A stretch of DNA of 54,605 bases. Source: an uncultured bacterium (lineage in GTDB: Bacteria; Vulcanimicrobiota; CADAWZ01). The stretch is taken from the NCBI GenBank assembly GCA_949288455.1, contig CASEKF010000001.1, positions 1-54,605 on the forward strand. Reading direction: 5' to 3'. The notes beneath the pieces are model-generated. The model was not told the DNA's origin. It made no database searches and saw only the letters and a program-made list of their open reading frames with translations. The position numbers were made by a program, and so were the translations under genes. Positions 48,278-54,605 of this stretch are shown here, piece by piece (the first letter of the stretch is position 1; the number at the start of each line of letters is the position of its first letter).

Positions 48278-50860
48278 ATGAGACAAGATAAATTAACCAT
48301 AAAAGCTCAAGAAGCTCTGCAAGAAGCTTTAGAATGCGCAAGCGAAAAAAACAGCCAACAGATAGAGCCGGAACATCTACTATGGGCTCTTCTCAACCAG
48401 GAAGAAGGAGTGCCGACGGCCATTATGCAAAAGCTTGGCGTCAACGTTTCTTCAATCCGTCAAAAAGTTCAAGAGTTAATCGACAACTTGCCTAAAGTAC
48501 ATGGAAGCAACGCGGGCATATATCTTTCTCCTAAATGCGTTTCAATAATAGAAACGGCCGAAAAAGAAGCCCAAAGAATGAACGACGAATTTACGTCGAC
48601 GGAACACATTTTAATAGCTCTAGCCTCCAACAGAACTATAAAGACCGGCTCTATGCTCCATTCTTTTGGAATTACTCCGGAAAATATTTATAAAGTTCTG
48701 ACGGATATAAGGGGCAGCCAAAGAATTACGGATCAAAACCCGGAAAATAAATATCAAGCGTTGAAGAAATACGCGAGAAATTTAAATGATTTAGCGAAAA
48801 AAGGAAAATTAGATCCGGTAATAGGCAGAGACGACGAAATCAGAAGATGCATACAAGTTCTTTCGAGAAGAACAAAAAATAATCCGGTGCTTATAGGAGA
48901 GCCCGGAGTCGGGAAAACGGCTATAATAGAAGGTTTAGCCCAAAGAATCATAGACGGAGATATTCCTTCAGGTCTGAAAGATAAAGAAATTGCGGCCCTT
49001 GATTTAGGAGCTTTAATAGCCGGAACAAAATTCAGAGGCGAATTTGAAGACAGATTAAAAGCTCTTTTAAAAGAAATAGAAGAATCAGAAGGCAGAGTGA
49101 TTCTTTTCATAGACGAACTTCATACCCTTGTGGGAGCCGGAGCTTCCCAAGGAAGCGTAGACGCCGCGAACATGCTTAAACCGGCTCTTGCCAGAGGAGA
49201 ACTTAGATGTATAGGAGCAACTACTTTAGACGAATACAGAAAATATATTGAGAAAGACGCCGCGCTTGAAAGAAGATTTCAGCCCGTAATAGTTCAAGAA
49301 CCTAACATAGAAGACACTATAGCTATTTTAAGAGGACTTAAGGAAAAATACGAAGTTCATCATGGAGTAAGAATACAGGATAACGCCCTTGTAGCGGCCG
49401 CAGTTCTTTCAAACAGGTATATAACCGATAGATTCCTGCCTGATAAAGCCGTAGACCTTATAGACGAAGCCGCGTCCCGCCTCAGAATAGAAATAGACAG
49501 CATGCCCACTGAAATAGACGAAATCGACCGTAAAATAAGACAATTAGAAATAGAAAAGCAAGTTCTTTCAAAAGAACAGGACGAAGGCACTAAAGAAAGA
49601 CTCAGAAAACTCTTGGAAGATATGAAAGAATTGCGCGACGAATCGGATAGAATGAAAGCTCAATGGAGTCTGGAAAAAGAATGCATTAAAAAGACGAGCG
49701 ATATAAAAGAACAAATCGAAGCTCTTAAAGCCGAAGAATCAAACGAGGAAAGACGCGGAAATTTCCAAAGAGTCGGAGAGATAAGATACGGATTAATTCC
49801 CGCTCTGACAAAGGATATTGAAAACGAGAAAAACAAATTGGCGGAAATACAGAAAAAACGTAAATTTCTTAAACAAGAGGTAGACGAAGAAGACGTTGCG
49901 GAAGTAGTATCCAAATGGACCGGCATACCGCTCAGTCGAATGCTTGAAGGGGAAATTCAAAAACTTGTAAAAATGGAGAGCGAGCTAAAAAAACATGTAG
50001 TAGGACAAGACAAAGCGATCGAAGCCGTCTCAAACGCGGTGCGGAGGGCAAGATCAGGAATAGCCGACGCAGACAGGCCGTTGGGAAGCTTCCTATTCCT
50101 GGGACCTACCGGAGTAGGCAAAACCGAACTCGCAAGAAAATTGGCGGAATTCCTTTTTGATACGGAAAAATCTATGATTAGAATAGATATGTCCGAATAC
50201 ATGGAAAAGCATTCCGTCTCTAGACTGATAGGAGCGCCTCCCGGATACGTAGGATACGACGAAGGAGGACAACTAACGGAAGCGGTAAGAAGAAGACCAT
50301 ACAGCGTAATTCTGTTTGACGAAATAGAAAAAGCTCATAACGACGTATTCAACGCGCTTTTACAAGTGTTAGACGACGGAAGGCTGACCGACGGACAAGG
50401 CAGAACGGTAGATTTTAAAAACGCGATAATAATAATGACGTCGAATATAGGTTCGTCGTATATTCAGAATATAAACGACGCGCAAGAAATAGAAAAACGC
50501 ATAGGCGACGAATTGAAACTTAACTTCAAACCGGAATTTATAAACCGTCTGGACGAAATCATTATTTTCAATAAGCTGACGAAAAAAGAAATTGAGACTA
50601 TAGTACAAATCCAAATAAACGTAATGTCGGAGAGATTAAAAGATAAAAAGATAGAATTACAAGTATCCGACAAAGCTAAAGCATTCCTCGCCAAAGCAGG
50701 CTACGATCCCATATATGGAGCTCGTCCGTTAAAAAGAGCGATAAGGAAATATCTGCAGGATCCTTTGGCATTAGCCATTCTTGAAGGCAAAGTTAAAGAA
50801 GGTTCGAAAATAGAAGCGGATTTAAATGAAAAAGGGCAAATATCATTTAAAGGAGAATAA
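48278..50860 (+). CDS. clpB: Chaperone ClpB (AAA+ disaggregase)
   Basis: 860 aa with a Clp N-domain. NBD1 Walker A is GEPGVGKT. A long middle coiled-coil follows. NBD2 Walker A is [11 protein letters not shown], with the sensor-2 GARPLKR. Confidence 0.95.
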   Translation: MRQDKLTIKAQEALQEALECASEKNSQQIEPEHLLWALLNQEEGVPTAIMQKLGVNVSSIRQKVQELIDNLPKVHGSNAGIYLSPKCVSIIETAEKEAQRMNDEFTSTEHILIALASNRTIKTGSMLHSFGITPENIYKVLTDIRGSQRITDQNPENKYQALKKYARNLNDLAKKGKLDPVIGRDDEIRRCIQVLSRRTKNNPVLIGEPGVGKTAIIEGLAQRIIDGDIPSGLKDKEIAALDLGALIAGTKFRGEFEDRLKALLKEIEESEGRVILFIDELHTLVGAGASQGSVDAANMLKPALARGELRCIGATTLDEYRKYIEKDAALERRFQPVIVQEPNIEDTIAILRGLKEKYEVHHGVRIQDNALVAAAVLSNRYITDRFLPDKAVDLIDEAASRLRIEIDSMPTEIDEIDRKIRQLEIEKQVLSKEQDEGTKERLRKLLEDMKELRDESDRMKAQWSLEKECIKKTSDIKEQIEALKAEESNEERRGNFQRVGEIRYGLIPALTKDIENEKNKLAEIQKKRKFLKQEVDEEDVAEVVSKWTGIPLSRMLEGEIQKLVKMESELKKHVVGQDKAIEAVSNAVRRARSGIADADRPLGSFLFLGPTGVGKTELARKLAEFLFDTEKSMIRIDMSEYMEKHSVSRLIGAPPGYVGYDEGGQLTEAVRRRPYSVILFDEIEKAHNDVFNALLQVLDDGRLTDGQGRTVDFKNAIIIMTSNIGSSYIQNINDAQEIEKRIGDELKLNFKPEFINRLDEIIIFNKLTKKEIETIVQIQINVMSERLKDKKIELQVSDKAKAFLAKAGYDPIYGARPLKRAIRKYLQDPLALAILEGKVKEGSKIEADLNEKGQISFKGE

Positions 50861-50927
50861 TCACGGCAAATCAAAAAACATAGTATTCGCGTAATTGATT
50901 TATACCGCGCAAACGGCCGATATACAT

Positions 50928-50959
50928 GCGGACTTCCCGTTTAGAGAAGTCCGCTTTTT
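50928..50959 (+). terminator. Rho-independent terminator after clpB
   Basis: GCGGACTTC...GAAGTCCGC followed by TTTTT. Confidence 0.8.
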
Positions 50960-51107
50960 CGCCTAGACAACAATACTTAACATAAATGGCTCGAAATAAA
51001 CCGCTTAAGCAATTATTTTCTGAAAACGAAACGAACAATAAAAAGGGAAAGCCGGCAGAAAAAAAGAATTTATCATAGCTTATCTCAATGGAAATTTGGA
51101 GGTTAAC

Positions 51108-52808
51108 TTGGGATTCAGAAAACCCGCTCCGGACGGAAGACAAGAAGCAGGACTACCTATAATGGTGCTGCCTGACGACACTGTCGTTCATGGTTACAGG
51201 TTCACATATTTAACCTGCGGCGGAATGAGCGTCATATACAAAGCCTTTAAAGACGAACGGCAATACATTATTAAAGAAGTTGCCGCAGAGGATACCCGCA
51301 ACGTTATGTCTTTAATACAAGAAAAAGCGGTTCTTGAAAGGCTTAACCATCCGGGAATAGTGCAAGTTTTCGATCTTTTCGACGAAGACGGATTCTATTA
51401 TATGGCGACTGAGTTCATATCCGGAGTAACCGTAGATAAAAAACTTCCGATAGGAACCGATCGCTTTATATCCGAGACTATAGTCAGAGATTGGGCATAT
51501 CAAATTTTTGACATATTTGAATATTTGCACAACCAAACTCCGCCTATCATATATAGAGACTTAAAACCTAAAAATATAATGATAGATACTTCCGGCAAGG
51601 TTAAGCTTATAGATTTCGGAATAGCTAGAACTTATAAAGAAGGAAGAAGCCAGGACACGGAGCACATGGGCTCCATGGTCACTGCGTCTCCCGAGCATTA
51701 CGGGGCTCAAACCGACGCTCGTTCCGATATATATACTATCGGAGCCACGCTTCATTACATTTTAACAAACGGGAAAACGATGGAATGCAACGCCTTTGAC
51801 ATTCCGTCGGTTAGACTTTTCAACAAACAAGTGACGAGTCAATTTGCAAGCGTGATAGAAAAAGCTCTTGAGCTATCGCCTGACGCAAGATTTCAAACTG
51901 TGGGAGAAATGCGCGCGGCTTTAAAAGGATCTAACTATTTAGTCTCAGGCGTTGCGATAGAACAGATCCAAACGCAGGAAAGAAAAGACGACGAAGAAGA
52001 AGAAGAAGAAGAAAAAGCTCCGAAAACTACAATTATAAAACCGGTATCAGAGCATCTTAAAATAGAATCGGCAAGAGAATCTCATCCGACAAAAATACGT
52101 CAAACCCAAACCGAGCCTGAAAAAGTTTTTCCTTCGCCGTCTCAATACAAACAGATAAAAACGTATAAGGATACTCCGCCAAAAACTGACGGTTCGTCTT
52201 CCTCGTCAAAGTTTAAAAACGATTTATATAAAGACATAAACGTTAACAAAGACGCGGAAAAAGAAAATCGTTCGGAACCTTTGCGCTCCTTAGAAGCATC
52301 AGACGGCAAGAACTCCGAAAGAAGGACAAAAGTAAAAAAACAAAAAAACGATTCTTCAAAAAAAACGGCGGAATCTCTGTTAACCGTATTTTTAGGATTT
52401 ATAGGGGGCATAGTCTTAGCCGGAGGCATAATTTTACTCGTAATTCACAACTCTGTTCCTCCCGTAGTCAATTGGAGCGACGCTAAAAAATATGACGGAC
52501 GGGTGATAGTAGTAGAAGGAGAAGTCAAGGAAATTTATATGACTTCGAAAAATAATATTTATCTTTATTTTAGTCCGGGGCCCAGCAGAGCAAACACTTT
52601 CAGAATAGGAATTTTTTCGGAAAATTTTGAAAAATTTCATTGTACCGAACAACCGGAAGAATTTTTTAAACACGAATATCTGAACAGGATAGTCAGAATG
52701 AAAGGAAAGGTACGCATAGAAGCCGTAGCAAACGACGAAATACCGCAAATGTTCGCCACTCATCCCGCAGAAATTGAAATTATTCAGCAGCCTCCGGGAA
52801 CATATTAA
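51108..52808 (+). CDS. Hanks-type Ser/Thr protein kinase with single TM helix and ~110-aa extracytoplasmic C-terminal domain
   Basis: YRDLKPKNIMID and DFGIA are the catalytic and activation loop motifs, and GTxxYxSPE-like follows. A Lys/Ser-rich linker precedes the TM helix LLTVFLGFIGGIVLAGGIILLVI. The start is probably TTG at 51108 after GGAGG. The ORF track begins at 51096. Confidence 0.8.
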   Translation: MGFRKPAPDGRQEAGLPIMVLPDDTVVHGYRFTYLTCGGMSVIYKAFKDERQYIIKEVAAEDTRNVMSLIQEKAVLERLNHPGIVQVFDLFDEDGFYYMATEFISGVTVDKKLPIGTDRFISETIVRDWAYQIFDIFEYLHNQTPPIIYRDLKPKNIMIDTSGKVKLIDFGIARTYKEGRSQDTEHMGSMVTASPEHYGAQTDARSDIYTIGATLHYILTNGKTMECNAFDIPSVRLFNKQVTSQFASVIEKALELSPDARFQTVGEMRAALKGSNYLVSGVAIEQIQTQERKDDEEEEEEEKAPKTTIIKPVSEHLKIESARESHPTKIRQTQTEPEKVFPSPSQYKQIKTYKDTPPKTDGSSSSSKFKNDLYKDINVNKDAEKENRSEPLRSLEASDGKNSERRTKVKKQKNDSSKKTAESLLTVFLGFIGGIVLAGGIILLVIHNSVPPVVNWSDAKKYDGRVIVVEGEVKEIYMTSKNNIYLYFSPGPSRANTFRIGIFSENFEKFHCTEQPEEFFKHEYLNRIVRMKGKVRIEAVANDEIPQMFATHPAEIEIIQQPPGTY

Positions 52809-53083
52809 AAGCTTTGTGTCTTACGATTTGTTCAAAATAAATGCGTTTAGTAAGCAAGCTGCGCGTTATATTTCTGAGAATTCTTTTGCGTTTATACGTT
52901 TCGGCATAACGTTTGAAAAGCTGGAACCGGCCGGCGAAACAAATTTTCGCCGCGTCTTATTTTATCTTGAGCCTCGCGCTGGTCATTACGCGTTATAAAA
53001 AAATAGGATTAAGCCAGAAACGATATAAACGCCAGAATAACGGCTCAAATCCAATATGATAGAACGCTTTAGGCATTAAACGA

Positions 53084-54304
53084 ATGAGAAATATGATTAA
53101 ATATGCAACGCGTTATTTTCCTTTCGCGATACTAGCGTTTACCGCGGCTTTTTTATATATAGCGTACGCTCTAACCAACACGGTTTTTTTTCTGCTTCTG
53201 TCGTCTTTTCTTTTCGGCGTTTCGACAATACTGCCCGGACTTGCTTATTTTAACCTAAAAAACTTGACGATAAAAAGGGAATTGTGTTCTTTAACGACTG
53301 CGGGAGAAGAAATAAACGTAGTTTTTATCGTAAAAAATTCCGGTTTTTATCCATGTTTTTTCATTCTTATTTCGGATCCTCTAAGCGATTCCTGCAAAGA
53401 CGGAAAAGCCGTTTCGGCAGAAATAAGATTTATTCCCCCGCGCTCAGAATTGCGGGTCAACGCGGTCTTTAGGCCGACGTCGAGAGGCGTGAAAACGTTA
53501 AATAAAATAACTGTTCAATCTTATTTTCCTTTCCTTTTGTATTTCTACGAGCGAAATTTTTCGGCAAGCGACGCGCTTACGATATTGCCTCGGCCGCGGT
53601 ATTTTTCAGAAATTCCTTTTCTTTCGGCGAATAGCAACAAAAGACGGAAACAAAACTTCCGCTCTCCTCTCCAATCCGCAGAATTTAAAGGTCTCAGAGA
53701 ACATATTCCATCAGACGGCTTAAGACTTGTGCATTGGGCAAAAAGCGCCGCTTACGGCAAACTTTTAACAAAAGAATTTGCCTCCGGTGAAAATATAGCC
53801 GCGGCGATACTAATCGACGGAAGCGATTTCGCGTCTTCCCTAAAAACGGAAGATTCGCCGTTTGAAGAAATGATATCGGCCGCCGCAGGAATTATAAACT
53901 ACTGCGGAAAAAACGATATGAAAGCCGCGTTGATAGAGCCGACGGGAAACGCCGGCACAATGTCCCTAACGAGCGGATCTCCCGGAGAACTATTGCGAAC
54001 TCTTGCTCTTATGGAACCCGGCAAAAAGCCTGGACTATTCCCGTTAAAACAAATGAAAAAAAGATATATATCTTCAGCGTTTATACTAACCGCAAATCCT
54101 TACGCAAATTTTAAAATGCTAAAAAAAGAATTAGCCGGATCAAAAATCGACGCGTCGATTGTAGTTTTCAACGCGGTTTCATATGGATTAGTAAAAAAAG
54201 ACAAAGAACTATATTCCAAGAAAATTTTAGAATTGAAGAATCAGTCGGCGTTCATATATTCTAAAGGGGAAGAAATAAAATATTTATTTAAAAACAATGG
54301 ATGA
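53084..54304 (+). CDS. DUF58-family protein (MoxR-vWA/transglutaminase-associated family), N-terminal 2 TM helices
   Basis: The central region (KGLREHIPSDGLRLVHWAKSAAYGKLLTKEF) matches the conserved DUF58 core. No MoxR ATPase is adjacent. Confidence 0.65.
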   Translation: MRNMIKYATRYFPFAILAFTAAFLYIAYALTNTVFFLLLSSFLFGVSTILPGLAYFNLKNLTIKRELCSLTTAGEEINVVFIVKNSGFYPCFFILISDPLSDSCKDGKAVSAEIRFIPPRSELRVNAVFRPTSRGVKTLNKITVQSYFPFLLYFYERNFSASDALTILPRPRYFSEIPFLSANSNKRRKQNFRSPLQSAEFKGLREHIPSDGLRLVHWAKSAAYGKLLTKEFASGENIAAAILIDGSDFASSLKTEDSPFEEMISAAAGIINYCGKNDMKAALIEPTGNAGTMSLTSGSPGELLRTLALMEPGKKPGLFPLKQMKKRYISSAFILTANPYANFKMLKKELAGSKIDASIVVFNAVSYGLVKKDKELYSKKILELKNQSAFIYSKGEEIKYLFKNNG

Positions 54305-54605
54305 AGCGCAACAAATAAGAGCAAGCTTAAACGTTAAAGAAACGTCGGTTCTTTATAAATTTTTTACCTGCGCAACCGTCGTATTTTCGTCTGTTATCGC
54401 TCTGTGGGCCATAGAATGGCCCACAGAGACAGGGGCTATCCTATTATTGACGCCCGTCGGATTTATTTTCAGTCATCATTATTCCAACGGGAAAAATATA
54501 CCTCTCAAAATCATAATATCAATTTTAATGCTTTTCAGCCTGGCAAATTTTTTCAATACTTTTCTCACTAATACTCTGGGCCCCGCCGCTTCTCTATCTC
54601 TTCTT
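54297..54605 (+). CDS. Partial membrane protein (N-terminal TM helices), possible transglutaminase-domain partner of DUF58; truncated by window end
   Basis: Its ATG overlaps the DUF58 stop (ATGGATGA). Three hydrophobic helices lie in the 103 aa visible. Confidence 0.4.
   Translation, partial: MDEAQQIRASLNVKETSVLYKFFTCATVVFSSVIALWAIEWPTETGAILLLTPVGFIFSHHYSNGKNIPLKIIISILMLFSLANFFNTFLTNTLGPAASLSLL

Noticed and set aside
48754-50694. Six minus-strand ORFs of 76-118 aa inside clpB.
   Set aside because: They are antisense artefacts of a long, strongly supported clpB frame. Their Ser/Leu/Phe-rich compositions are typical of the reverse strand of Lys/Glu-rich genes.

Overview
This looks like a low-GC bacterial chromosomal segment, AT-rich but CpG-tolerant. 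Gene content is consistent with a spirochaete-like or Firmicute-like lineage, but I do not assign taxonomy. I support about 42 protein-coding genes and two tandem tRNA-Thr genes. I see no rRNA, CRISPR array, transposase, integrase or restriction/defence genes. Gene content by coordinate:
- 292-2283: a eukaryotic-type UDP-glucose pyrophosphorylase followed by a TerD-like protein.
- 2330-6398: GT2 glycosyltransferase, MsbA-like ABC exporter, and an EcsC-family protein with a poly-Asp/Glu repeat tail.
- 6510-9125: two tandem GlgC-family genes.
- 9645-16851: a secreted protein, dut, an LCP protein, an orphan Gly/Ala-rich protein, a SAM methyltransferase, hpf and a zinc-ribbon protein.
- 17008-18650: a small hypothetical gene and a GAF-adenylate cyclase.
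- 18907-24068: mutS2, surE, tkt.
- 24302-27847: a GT-C membrane glycosyltransferase, an orphan ZnuA/TroA metal-binding protein, and a glycine-zipper small protein followed by a hairpin-rich noncoding stretch.
- 28362-34681: DHH phosphoesterase, a hypothetical gene, NfeD, flotillin (with a 560-nt gap between the last two) and a TPR protein.
- 34708-37673: feoA-feoB fusion and a DtxR-family repressor, with a perfect 30-bp operator palindrome between them.
- 37711-46070: two divergent metallophosphoesterase paralogs bracketing a GtrB/YfhO-like glycosylation pair, two tRNA-Thr genes, a YchF homologue with a degenerate P-loop, and a PflA-like radical SAM enzyme.
- 46212-48061: rfbA and a sugar-phosphate isomerase.
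- 48278-54605: clpB, a Hanks-type membrane kinase, a DUF58 protein and a partial membrane gene.
The most unusual items are the pseudo-NTPase YchF with its radical-SAM and metallophosphoesterase neighbours, the UGPase-TerD pair, two orphan glycine-rich proteins flanked by structured noncoding DNA, and several very long perfect palindromes acting as bidirectional terminators. All calls are from reading the translations and DNA by eye. No database searches were run.
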